Shown here in pieces: positions 29,902 through 38,133 of a stretch of 64,000 nt of DNA. The stretch's first letter is position 1; each line of letters begins with the position of its first letter. This DNA is from a virus, in the IMG/VR virus record IMGVR_UViG_3300013104_000004, positions 1-64,000 of that record; one strand, 5' to 3'. Under the pieces are notes generated by a model that saw only the letters and a program-made list of their open reading frames with translations, was not told the origin of the DNA and searched no databases. The position numbers were made by a program, and so were the translations under genes.

Positions 29902-30747
29902 TCAGCCCTCCTTGTGCGCCGCGCGAGCGGCCTTGTATGCGGCGTCCGTCTCGGCGCCCCAGATGCCGTCGACCTCGACACCCAGAGCCTTCTGGATCGC
30001 CTCGACCGTCTTGTCGTGCGCGGCCGACGACTTCCGACCCCACACGCCGTCCGCCTTCGTGCCGACGACCTTCTGCGCGTAGGTGACACCGTGAGGGAAC
30101 TCGCCGCCGTGGAAGTCAGCCGCGGCCTTGACGGTCTCCAGCCGCTTGTCCGTGTCGCGACCCCAGATGCCGTCGACCGTCGCCCCCACGGCCTTCTGGA
30201 GCGCGCGTACGGGGGTGGCACCGCCCGACGGCTTCGAGGAGGGCGTGGGCTTCGGCTTCGGCTTGGCGGCGGCCTTGCCGTACAGGCCGCTCATGTCCAC
30301 GTAGCCCTGAATGATCGAGCCGCGGCGGACCTTACGAGCGCAGACGTTGCCGTTGTACTGGCTGCCTCCCACGATGGCCGAGGTGTTGCCCTCGATCGTC
30401 GTGATGGACCCGTCCTTGTTCACGGCCTCGACGATGCCCACGTGGCAGACCGGGGGAGTGCCGCGGCCGCCGGAGCTGACGGTCGCCCACATGAAGAGCA
30501 CCAGGTCGCCACGCTTCGGGTTCGACGTCTTCCATCGGTCGTTCTTCTTGGCCCACGTGACGATGTTCGGCGTCCAGCCAGTCGCGAGCACGTGGATCCC
30601 GGCCTCGGCCAGCACCCAGCAGACGAAGTAGGCGCACCAGGCCGCGTTGGCCGGCGCCTTGAAGAGGGCCTTGAACTTCGAGCCCCCGACGTTGCCGAGC
30701 TCAGCGCGCGCGAGCTTCAGCGCGGCAGCCGCGGTCGCCGCGGCCAT
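29902..30747 (-). CDS. Endolysin (CHAP domain plus peptidoglycan-binding repeats)
   Basis: WCAYFVCW...GDLV...HVGIV...IEGNT CHAP motifs; three DG(I/V)WG repeats. Confidence 0.9.
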   Translation of the reverse strand: MAAATAAAALKLARAELGNVGGSKFKALFKAPANAAWCAYFVCWVLAEAGIHVLATGWTPNIVTWAKKNDRWKTSNPKRGDLVLFMWATVSSGGRGTPPVCHVGIVEAVNKDGSITTIEGNTSAIVGGSQYNGNVCARKVRRGSIIQGYVDMSGLYGKAAAKPKPKPTPSSKPSGGATPVRALQKAVGATVDGIWGRDTDKRLETVKAAADFHGGEFPHGVTYAQKVVGTKADGVWGRKSSAAHDKTVEAIQKALGVEVDGIWGAETDAAYKAARAAHKEG

Positions 30748-30869
30748 CAGAGCTCACCACCCGAGAAGTCCTCGGGGACGAAGTTCGGGTCCTGGGACAC
30801 CGTCTCGTCGATCGCATCCGGGTCGGCCGCCGAGGTGTCCTCGGGCATCGGCTCGTCGAGCACTGTCAT
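30747..30869 (-). CDS. 40-aa acidic peptide coupled to the endolysin
   Basis: AGGAGG RBS, ATG at 30869; its TGA overlaps the endolysin ATG. Confidence 0.55.
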   Translation of the reverse strand: MTVLDEPMPEDTSAADPDAIDETVSQDPNFVPEDFSGGEL

Positions 30870-30922
30870 CGTTCCTCCTGGGGTGAGTACCTGTTCCTCA
30901 CCCCGAGGAATCGACCGAGCGG

Positions 30923-31252
30923 CTAGTGCCGGCCCCAGATCGCGTACGCCACGCCTGCCGCTGCAACGAACGGGGAGGCCACCTGGACCGACTTGGTGAA
31001 CATGCTCGCGGCGCGCTCTTCGAGGCGCGTCACCCGGAGCGCCAGGACGCTGTGCTGAGTCTGGGCCTCCGAGATCTTCGCGGCTTGCGTGGCCTGGACG
31101 TCCTCGGTGTTCTTGATGCGGCGGGCGTGGTCACCGAGGGCCTGGCCGAGCATCCCCTTGATCTCGCCGACCTCGATCCGCGTCGCCGTGACGTCCGACC
31201 GCAGGCCGGCCACGTCGCTCCCAGAGTTGTTCGTCACGGCCACGTCAGTCAT
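30923..31252 (-). CDS. Coiled-coil membrane protein of the lysis module
   Basis: MTDVAVTNN...; coiled coil with a C-terminal TM helix. Confidence 0.6.
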   Translation of the reverse strand: MTDVAVTNNSGSDVAGLRSDVTATRIEVGEIKGMLGQALGDHARRIKNTEDVQATQAAKISEAQTQHSVLALRVTRLEERAASMFTKSVQVASPFVAAAGVAYAIWGRH

Positions 31253-31356
31253 CGAGTCCCCCAGGGTCGGTCGGTCACCTCCTGGCATCGACCCCAGAGA
31301 CGACGCAGGCCCCGGCCGAAGCCGGGGCCCAAGTCGAGATGCGATCACCTCCCAGG

Positions 31357-31737
31357 TCAGGCCTGCGGAGCCTCCGTGTCCTCCGCGGCGGCGGCGGTGG
31401 CGGCGGCCTCGTCGCGCTCGGCCTGGAGCGCCGCCTCGGCCTGCTCTGCCGCGAGCCGCTCGGCCTCCTCTGCCGCAGCGCCCTCCGCTGCGATGCGCTC
31501 TGCCTCCGCGAGGCGCTCAGCCTCGGCAGCGCGCTCGGCCTCCGCGGCCGCCTCGGCCTCCTTCGCGGCCTTGCGCTCGGCGGCTCGCGCCGCCTTCTCG
31601 GCCTTCGCCACCTCGGCCGGCGTGAGCACCGGCTGGTGGTGGAACGGGTCGAGCACGGCGACCGGGGCTTCCGTCGTGCGCACGCTGCTCGGCGTGATCG
31701 CCGGGTCGTCCGCATGGACGCGGGGGTAGTTCGTCAT
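31357..31737 (-). CDS. Ala/Glu-rich hypothetical protein
   Basis: 126 aa, coupled to the upstream gene. Confidence 0.55.
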   Translation of the reverse strand: MTNYPRVHADDPAITPSSVRTTEAPVAVLDPFHHQPVLTPAEVAKAEKAARAAERKAAKEAEAAAEAERAAEAERLAEAERIAAEGAAAEEAERLAAEQAEAALQAERDEAAATAAAAEDTEAPQA

Positions 31738-31934
31738 CGAGTGCCCACCTCCCGGGCGATCTCCGGCGCCGCGCCGAAGTACGCGAGGGAACCGTCGGCG
31801 CGGACCTCGAACTTCGGGACGGCGGCGTCAGCCGCGACCGTCGTGGCGACCTCGCGCACCGGCTCCGGCGCCTGCGCGGTCTCGGTGGTCAGTTCCTCCA
31901 GCTCGATCGAGCTGGTCTGCACGGGCTTGCCCAT
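31734..31934 (-). CDS. Hypothetical protein
   Basis: GGAGGAGG RBS; 66 aa; preceded by a late-promoter motif at 31975-31981. Confidence 0.6.
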   Translation of the reverse strand: MGKPVQTSSIELEELTTETAQAPEPVREVATTVAADAAVPKFEVRADGSLAYFGAAPEIAREVGTR

Positions 31935-31983
31935 GAGCTCCTCCTCCAGGTGGGATGTGACGTACGCCTGGGGAAATCGACCT

Positions 31984-32730
31984 TCAGCCCGCCTGGAACG
32001 CCACGCGCAGCATGTTCAGCGCCTCGGCGCGCGTCTTGCGGATGCGCGACGGCGCCACGCCGAACTCGCGTGCTACCTCGCCCAGGCCGCGGTTGTGGAA
32101 GTACAGCTGGGCCATCACGGCCTGGTGCTCGTCAGGCAGGTCCACGATGCGCGAGGCGACCCGCTCGGCTACCGCGTAGGCGTCGGCCGCCTCGTCCGTG
32201 CGGTCCCCACCGTCGAGGGCCTCCAGGCCGTGGTCCTGCTCGTCACCCGCCTGCCCGGTCGAGCCGATGGGGATCTGCTGGCGCAGGTGCACGAGCTCGT
32301 CGACGTCGACACCGAGCTTCGCGGCCACCTCGGAGCGCGTGGGGGCCCGGCCAAGGTCCTGGGCGAGCTCATCCTCGACAGCGTGCTGCTCCTTCAGCCG
32401 GCGCCACGTCAGGCGGCTGGCCCAGGAGGTGGCCGGGGACTTCAGGCCGTCGAGGATGGCGCCACGGATGCGCATGCTGGCGTACGACATGAAGTGCTTG
32501 TGCAGGGCGCCGTCGGACTGCTCGATATCGAACCGGCCGACAGCCTCCAGCAGGCCCTGCGCGGCCCACGAAATGAGGTCGTCGCGCTCAACATGGTCAG
32601 GCACCCGCTTGTCGTACGCGATCTTCTTCGCAAGCCAGAAGTAGCCCGCTACGAGTTCGTCGCGCGCGCGCAGATCACCGTCGTTGCTGCGGCGCCACAG
32701 GGCGTCGAGGTTCTCCAGGTCCAGGGTCAC
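31984..32730 (-). CDS. RNA polymerase sigma factor, FliA/WhiG (sigma-28) family
   Basis: ARDELV...VERDDLIS...GLLEAVGRFD...F.SYASMRIRGAILDGLK (region 2), LGRAPTRSEVAAKLG (region 3), LPDEHQAVMAQLYF...LGEVAREFGVAPSRI (region 4). Confidence 0.9.
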   Translation of the reverse strand: MTLDLENLDALWRRSNDGDLRARDELVAGYFWLAKKIAYDKRVPDHVERDDLISWAAQGLLEAVGRFDIEQSDGALHKHFMSYASMRIRGAILDGLKSPATSWASRLTWRRLKEQHAVEDELAQDLGRAPTRSEVAAKLGVDVDELVHLRQQIPIGSTGQAGDEQDHGLEALDGGDRTDEAADAYAVAERVASRIVDLPDEHQAVMAQLYFHNRGLGEVAREFGVAPSRIRKTRAEALNMLRVAFQAG

Positions 32731-32990
32731 AGCTGGTCGTCCTCCCAGACGTCGTTGGTGCCGAACCAGGCCTCGTGCTCGGGGCGCCACAGCTCCGCGA
32801 CCTTGCGGCCGGGCAGCCGGCACACCCGGAAGGTGAACTCGGTGACCTCCAGGTCGAGCACGAAGATCAGCCACGGCGTCAGCCGGGTCACCGCGGGGGA
32901 GAGCTCGCGGGTATACAGCGAGAGCTCTAGGCGCGTGTGCGCGCCGAGCTGCTTGGGCAGGTGCGGAGCAAATCGGTCAATCCAAGCCAC
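32727..32990 (-). CDS. Hypothetical protein coupled to the sigma gene
   Basis: GGAGG RBS, GTG at 32990, 4-nt overlap with the sigma start. Confidence 0.6.
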   Translation of the reverse strand: MAWIDRFAPHLPKQLGAHTRLELSLYTRELSPAVTRLTPWLIFVLDLEVTEFTFRVCRLPGRKVAELWRPEHEAWFGTNDVWEDDQL

Positions 32991-33587
32991 GGGGCCTCCT
33001 TCCGGCGCCCTAAGGGAACCTCGATGAGCGCCGGGAAGCCAGCGGCACGGCCCCAATACCACCGTGGGCACGTGCCGAGCGCGGCGGAACACGGACGAGC
33101 GAAGGTGAGCATGCTCACGCCGCAGATGGTCGCGATCATCGGAACCCCTCGGGTATCACGCGCGCGGGCGCCACCCAGGCGGCGCACAGCCGCTCCACTG
33201 AATCGCGTCAAGAGTTGGGCAGGGCTTGTCAGCCGAACGGCCTAATCGGGGGCCGCCGTCCGAGGCAACTGACTTGTGTGTAACCTCGCCCTCGAACCGC
33301 TTCGAGACAGTCTTCGAGGCGTCGAGCTCGCGACGGAAGGGCACCCTGCCCGACCGCATGCGCTACCCGAATGGAGTCCAGCAATGCAGCTTGGCCACGA
33401 TCGTCAGACCCCCGTTCGGGATCAGCGCTCCCGTCGCCGCCAGACCGCTACCGCGGCCTGAGCCTCGGCCTAGCCGGCCCACCCCCAAAGCCACCGCCCC
33501 GGCGCTTCGACGCGCCGTAAGCGGCATCGAGCGCGCGCCCTCATCGGCTGCGCGCTCACCCCCGCGCGCCCTCTGCTGGGCCGGGAG

Positions 33588-33606
33588 CACCTTGAGAACT
33601 CAACAG
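33588..33606 (+). promoter_or_regulatory. rrn-leader-type boxA antitermination signal
   Basis: CACCTTGAGAACTCAACAG matches, from memory, the actinobacterial rRNA leader boxA region (TTGAGAACTCAA(C/T)AG); GC hairpins lie upstream (33503-33570). Confidence 0.65.
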
Positions 33607-33632
33607 TGACGACGGAATCGACTGATCCCCCG

Positions 33633-33779
33633 GCCGTGCGACGACTCTTCGGACGAGCGAGGCTGATGCCCCGGTGGGGCCGCTTGGAGACAGCGATGAC
33701 GGGCGCGGCTTCCTCGGAATCCGACTGGACATCTGAACACCGTGGAAGCCGCGCCGCCCCTAACCACTCGTTGCACGGC
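33633..33779 (+). ncRNA. Candidate structured RNA (multibranch, about 150 nt)
   Basis: Closing stem GCCGTGCGACGA/TCGTTGCACGGC, internal 12-bp GGCGCGGCTTCC/GGAAGCCGCGCC and small hairpins; no credible ORF. Confidence 0.45.
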
Positions 33780-33919
33780 ATTTGCACGCCGTGACGCGAG
33801 CGAACACCCCAACGTACCGCCCCCGAGGCATAACACCTATGTCTAGTCAGGAAACTCTCAGCACGTGCTCACAGCGGCACACTGAGCAACACCGGCGCCA
33901 AGGTGTCAGGGTGGAATGC

Positions 33920-34159
33920 ATGACTAGCGTGAGACAGGCAGCCGAGTTCATCGTCCCGGCAGCGCCCCGCCGCTACCGGCGGGCACCGCGCGCGCAGCGC
34001 ACCACCGCGACTGGCATCCGGCGACGACAGATCCCGGCGGCCGCAGTCTCGACCGCCCTCCAGCTCGCTGGCGGCGACGCGTCCCGGTTGCTATTCGATG
34101 GCGACGGCTCGGTCTACGTCCTCAACTCCCCGCGCCGTCAGGCCGATGGGACGGCATGA
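33920..34159 (+). CDS. Small basic hypothetical protein
   Basis: MTSVRQAAEF...ALQLAGGDASRL...DGSVYVLN; coupled to the next gene. Confidence 0.6.
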   Translation: MTSVRQAAEFIVPAAPRRYRRAPRAQRTTATGIRRRQIPAAAVSTALQLAGGDASRLLFDGDGSVYVLNSPRRQADGTA

Positions 34160-34485
34160 GGACTCGACTAGCGATCACCCTTCCCCTGCTCACCCTGGCC
34201 CTCGCGGCCTGTTCGGGCGGCACGCCCGCCGCCGCGCCGACGGCCGCCGCCGACGCGAATGAGGCCGCGTACCTCGCCGCCGCCAGCGCGTACCCAGACC
34301 TGGCCGACCTCAGCGACGACGAGATCCTGAAGCCCGCCTACCTGATCTGCCGGGAGCTCGCCGCCGGCCGTATCGCGAGCGAGGGCACGCTCACCTGGGC
34401 GGCCGGCAATCTCGACGTCACGCCGGTGAACACCGTCGCCGGGCTGAAGGCCACGACGCTCTGCCCCGACTGGTACAAGGGCTGA
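34156..34485 (+). CDS. Lipoprotein (DUF732-like)
   Basis: Lipobox LAAC; AYL...IC..L..G...LCP pattern. Confidence 0.7.
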   Translation: MRTRLAITLPLLTLALAACSGGTPAAAPTAAADANEAAYLAAASAYPDLADLSDDEILKPAYLICRELAAGRIASEGTLTWAAGNLDVTPVNTVAGLKATTLCPDWYKG

Positions 34486-34491
34486 GACGAA

Positions 34492-34527
34492 CGAAGGCCC
34501 CGCCCGGATGATCGGGCGGGGCCTTCG
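34492..34527. terminator. Bidirectional terminator between convergent genes
   Basis: 15-bp inverted repeat CGAAGGCCCCGCCCG/CGGGCGGGGCCTTCG. Confidence 0.75.
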
Positions 34528-34535
34528 GCTGGACC

Positions 34536-34658
34536 CTAGCGCGGGCCGTCGGCGCCGCAGGTGGCGCAGGCGTACGCGCTGCCACCAGGGCCCCACGCAG
34601 GGATGACCCCGCGCCGCGGCGCCCAGCGGTGTCCGAAGATCCGGCAGAGCCAGCTCAT
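34536..34658 (-). CDS. Small LCxxFGH zinc-ribbon phage protein
   Basis: MSWLCRIFGHRW...CATCG. Confidence 0.6.
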   Translation of the reverse strand: MSWLCRIFGHRWAPRRGVIPAWGPGGSAYACATCGADGPR

Positions 34659-35407
34659 GCGCGCGGCGGCCAGGCCCACGAGCGCGGGTCGCCCTTGCAC
34701 GAGAACGGCACCGCGTACTCGCGGTAGTCGCCGCCGAGCCCGTGCACGAGCAGGTCGACCGTGGTGTCGTCCGGCAACTCCGCGACGAGGCTGGCCGGGC
34801 GCGAGGAGCCCGAGACCGAGCCGGCGTGGTGCTTCGGGTTCGCGCACCGGCACTGCGCCTTCACCGTCGGCAGCGCCTTCGCCCCGATGGGCGCCAGCAG
34901 GTCCAGCATCGCCTGGCCCTGGCCGGCGACGTCGACGTACAGCCCCAGCCCGCGCAGCGCCGGGTCACCGCCGCCGACAATGAGCTGGACGATCGAGTCT
35001 GCCGCGTCGACGAGCTTCAGCTCGTATGACGCCACCGCCCGGCGCTGGCGCTGCTCGCCCTTGCGGACGTGGACGAGGTGCACGACGCCGATCCAGGTCT
35101 CGACGACGAGGTACTGGCTCGGGAGCTCGGAGCCCCAGCGCTCGATCACCCCGGGGACCGTCGACTGGCGAGTGCGCAGCACCACCGCCGGCGAGATCAC
35201 GCCATCGCCCATCTTCGAGACGTAGTGCACGATCCGGCCCACCGTCGGCGGCAGCGGCGCGCAGTTCTCGAACGGGCACGACGGGCAGTAGCGGTGCGTG
35301 TCGTGGTACTCGGGCGTCGGGCATGCCTGCACGGCCGCCCTTTCCTTCTGCTCACAGCAGCTCATGGCCTGCTCCAGTTCCTGGTCCTTCGCGAGAACCA
35401 CTCTCAC
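34655..35407 (-). CDS. Hypothetical phage protein (PTVGRIVHY...WAWPP type)
   Basis: Conserved-looking terminal motifs. Start uncertain; GTG at 35407 lies just downstream of the late-promoter motif at 35420-35426. Confidence 0.55.
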   Translation of the reverse strand: MRVVLAKDQELEQAMSCCEQKERAAVQACPTPEYHDTHRYCPSCPFENCAPLPPTVGRIVHYVSKMGDGVISPAVVLRTRQSTVPGVIERWGSELPSQYLVVETWIGVVHLVHVRKGEQRQRRAVASYELKLVDAADSIVQLIVGGGDPALRGLGLYVDVAGQGQAMLDLLAPIGAKALPTVKAQCRCANPKHHAGSVSGSSRPASLVAELPDDTTVDLLVHGLGGDYREYAVPFSCKGDPRSWAWPPRA

Positions 35408-35524
35408 GATGCCCCCGGGCATCGACACATCCCGTCGTCACTGCTGAGCACCTGCGCACAGCGGATTATCGAAAAACGCCGAGAGTTCCATCGCGGAAGC
35501 GGACCTGCCGTGGTGCCTGGCGCG

Positions 35525-35557
35525 AAAATCCCCCCCGGTCGGTTAACCGGGGGGGAT
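35525..35557 (-). terminator. Intrinsic terminator (or possible genome-end signal)
   Basis: ATCCCCCCCGGT/ACCGGGGGGGAT inverted repeat ending in a T4 run on the minus strand, just after the 35577 stop. Confidence 0.65.
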
Positions 35558-35576
35558 CGTTCGCTGTGCGGGATCG

Positions 35577-36713
35577 TCAGCGCGCCATGCGTGCCCGGAG
35601 TGCGGCCAGCGTGTCGCGCGCGGCGTCCGCCTTGACGCGCTCCGGCGCCTTGCGGGTGGCGGCGCGACGGGCGCCGGTGCCGTTGCTCGCAGCCAGCACG
35701 TAGGACCCGCCGACAGCGGGACCCGCCAGGCGCTCCGGGCTGACAGTGTGCCCGTGCGAGAGAGACACGCGCCGGAGTGCGTCCCGCTGTCCGTCGGCGC
35801 CGATGCCCTGCCCGGAGCCGAGGCCGCGCGTCATGGCGGTAGCGACAGCGGACCGGTACAGCCCTGAGGTGAGGTGCGGGACCGGGCGCGCGGCAGGCGG
35901 GCAGGGGACCGGACCCGCCAGCACGTGCACGGGCTGATATCCGAGCGCGTACGGGTACCCGTTGCTGTCAGTGAGCTCGGGGGACCGGCGCCCGATGGCA
36001 CGCACCCCCGGGCGCTGTCCGTCCCGCACGGACTGGCGCCACGTGCGGACCATGGCGCGCGCCGGGCGCTCCGCCAGTCCGTCGCGGTCCCGCTGTCCGC
36101 CAGCGCTGACGACGACAGCGCCGCGCCGGATGACGCGGCCTGCGTAGGTGTGCGCCACGGTCCGCACGTCGGCGGGCGCGTCGTCAGCGGCCAGCACGTC
36201 CGCCACGGGCGCGCCGACAGCGGCCAGCGCGACGGCCAGCGCGTCCCGCACGTCCGCCACGGTCCGCGTGTCGTCGGCGCCAGTGAGCGCCCGTGCGAGG
36301 CGCGTCGCGACGACGCGGCCGGACGCGCTCACCACGTCAACGATCGGCGCATGCGTGCCACGGGCAGGTACGTCGTCGCACGTGCGGCCGTCGCTGTCGC
36401 GCGACCCCAGAACGGCCGACAGCACGAGTGCCGTGGTGATATCCGGGCACGCGGCACGGGCGGCGCGGATACCGTCGGCGACAGCGTCCGCCAGCGTGTG
36501 CGGCGCCGCCACGGGCGCGGCGCCCGCCATGGCGTGCAACGTCTCCAACGGGACCGCGATCTCACGCGTACCCGTCGCGTCCCGCATGGCGCCGGTCACG
36601 GCTCCGTGTGCGTCGGGCTCCGCCCGGATGCCAGTCACGGCCGTCAGCGCGGATTCAAGCGCGGCGCCCGTCAGCGTCGCGATGTGGTCCCAATCAATCG
36701 TCAGCGTGTGCAT
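35577..36713 (-). CDS. 378-aa Ala/Arg/Val-rich hypothetical protein with atypical oligonucleotide usage
   Basis: GGGAG RBS, ATG at 36713, own terminator. No Phe and no TCGA site. Confidence 0.65.
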   Translation of the reverse strand: MHTLTIDWDHIATLTGAALESALTAVTGIRAEPDAHGAVTGAMRDATGTREIAVPLETLHAMAGAAPVAAPHTLADAVADGIRAARAACPDITTALVLSAVLGSRDSDGRTCDDVPARGTHAPIVDVVSASGRVVATRLARALTGADDTRTVADVRDALAVALAAVGAPVADVLAADDAPADVRTVAHTYAGRVIRRGAVVVSAGGQRDRDGLAERPARAMVRTWRQSVRDGQRPGVRAIGRRSPELTDSNGYPYALGYQPVHVLAGPVPCPPAARPVPHLTSGLYRSAVATAMTRGLGSGQGIGADGQRDALRRVSLSHGHTVSPERLAGPAVGGSYVLAASNGTGARRAATRKAPERVKADAARDTLAALRARMAR

Positions 36714-36973
36714 TGTGTCTCCCTAGTCTGGGCGCCCGTGTGGCGCCGCACTCATTCTGTCGGAATGTGCGCGGCGTTGCTTAACAGTGAGCGGCGCGAT
36801 TGTTTGCGCCGCTCGAAAGGCACGCAACGAACCGTGCCACCGACTTGCCTACGAGCTCGAAGCACAAACGAGCGCCCGCCGGCCTGCCTGCACGCCGGCG
36901 CACGCACACACGCTTCAGGGGCTCCAGTGGTGAGTTTTTCGGCCCTGCCAGTAGTGCGCCCGACTTCGGGCGC

Positions 36974-37064
36974 CGAAACGGTGCGCCGATTGCTTAGAGA
37001 TGAGGCACGGTGCACGGCGACGACGACAACGTCGAAACGGTGCGCGAGTTGCTTAGAGATGAGG
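36974..37064 (+). repeat. 32-bp direct repeat CGAAACGGTGCGCnnnTTGCTTAGAGATGAGG (two copies; degenerate copies at 36761 and 37510)
   Basis: 36974-37005 and 37033-37064 share 29 of 32 nt. Confidence 0.8.
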
Positions 37065-37101
37065 GCGCCGCACGGTGCGGCGCACGACGAGCGGAGACGA
37101 C

Positions 37102-37382
37102 ATGGACTTCGAGACCTACGAGCGGCGCCTGCGTGCGCTGCACGTCCAGGTGGGACGCGGCTTTCTGACGCCGGATGAGGCGTTCATGGAGGCACACGAG
37201 ATCGCCGCCGAGTTCTGGATCCAGGCGATGACGCCGGTGGAGGTGCCCGCATGACGTGGCACCCGCTTGACCTGCCAGCTCACCTCCAGCTCCCCGCCGA
37301 GGCGCCTCCCGCGCCGCCGGTGACGTTCCACGACGACCCGTGGCAGCACGACCCCGACCGCGCAACGCGGCGCGGGTTCTGA
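37102..37382 (+). other. Two small coupled ORFs (37102-37254, 37251-37382)
   Basis: GGAG RBS before MDFETYERRL...; ATGA overlap to MTWHPLDLP... Confidence 0.55.
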
Positions 37383-37473
37383 GGCCGCTGCTGACTAGAC
37401 GCTCTGCATGCACACCGACCAGCTCGGGGCGCGTGTTGTCCGCCTAGTCGGACTGAATGACGCCTGCTAGAGC

Positions 37474-37939
37474 TCCCGCTCACAGCTTCCGGCGCCTTTC
37501 TCACCGGAAGTTGCTTGTAGGTGAGAGGTGGCGCCGCGAAACGTGGGGAAGCGATCCGCGGCGCCATCTTCCAGTCTTCCCGAAAGAGTCATTCTTCCGG
37601 GCGCAATCCGTGAAAATCGACCCCACCGAAAGGAGGTAGGAAATGCCCTTCTTCCAGCACGCCGCCATATTACCGTGGCCGCTGCACACCTGATCGACAG
37701 ATCCCGCAGCCCCGCGGGGGTGAGTGACAGGAATGTGCCCAGCCGGCCAAAACCAGGCACGACCGAGAAAGCGGCATCCGACTCAGCCGCACGGACTCGC
37801 CGGAGTTCCGGCCCATTGGGGAAGGGCGAATCGAACCGGCAACAGTTGACCAGCGCTGTAGACCACCCGTGCATCCCGGCACGGGCCCAAGGCTGGCACC
37901 GGGTAAGCCCCCTGCCGGTCAAGCACCTACAGAGCGGGA
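37474..37939 (+). ncRNA. Candidate large multi-domain structured RNA (about 465 nt)
   Basis: 5' TCCCGCTC and TGTAGGTG pair with the contiguous 3' CACCTACA-GAGCGGGA; many internal helices; A-rich linkers; no credible ORF. Confidence 0.6.
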
Positions 37940-38133
37940 CGACGTGAGGCCTGCGAGCACCAGTAGCGCTGCTGGTGCTGAGCCTGGCTGACCTCCTCGT
38001 CCGACGCAGAGACCTAGCGAACCAGCACGGCGCTGACGTTCTGCATCCACCCCGACCTTCCGAGCTCGGGGTGGGTGTTGTTCGGCAGCCCCTGTCCGAA
38101 CCACCCGAACGACACCTAGAGAGTGAGCACCCC

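Noticed and set aside
31357-31737. Tandem DNA repeat
   Set aside because: Explained by a low-complexity Ala/Glu protein sequence.
36781-36840. Hammerhead ribozyme (stem-GAAA-stem)
   Set aside because: The CUGANGA core and the UH cleavage triplet are missing.
36974-37064. Mini CRISPR array (32-bp repeats, 27-bp spacer)
   Set aside because: Only two copies, three central mismatches, no palindrome and no cas genes; degenerate copies nearby suggest regulatory sites.
37474-38040. Group I/II intron, RNase P RNA or tmRNA
   Set aside because: Only faint resemblance (ATCCCGCAGC, CAGAGAC). I found no P7 pairing, domain V, GAGGAAAGTCC or tRNA-like ends, and no interrupted gene.
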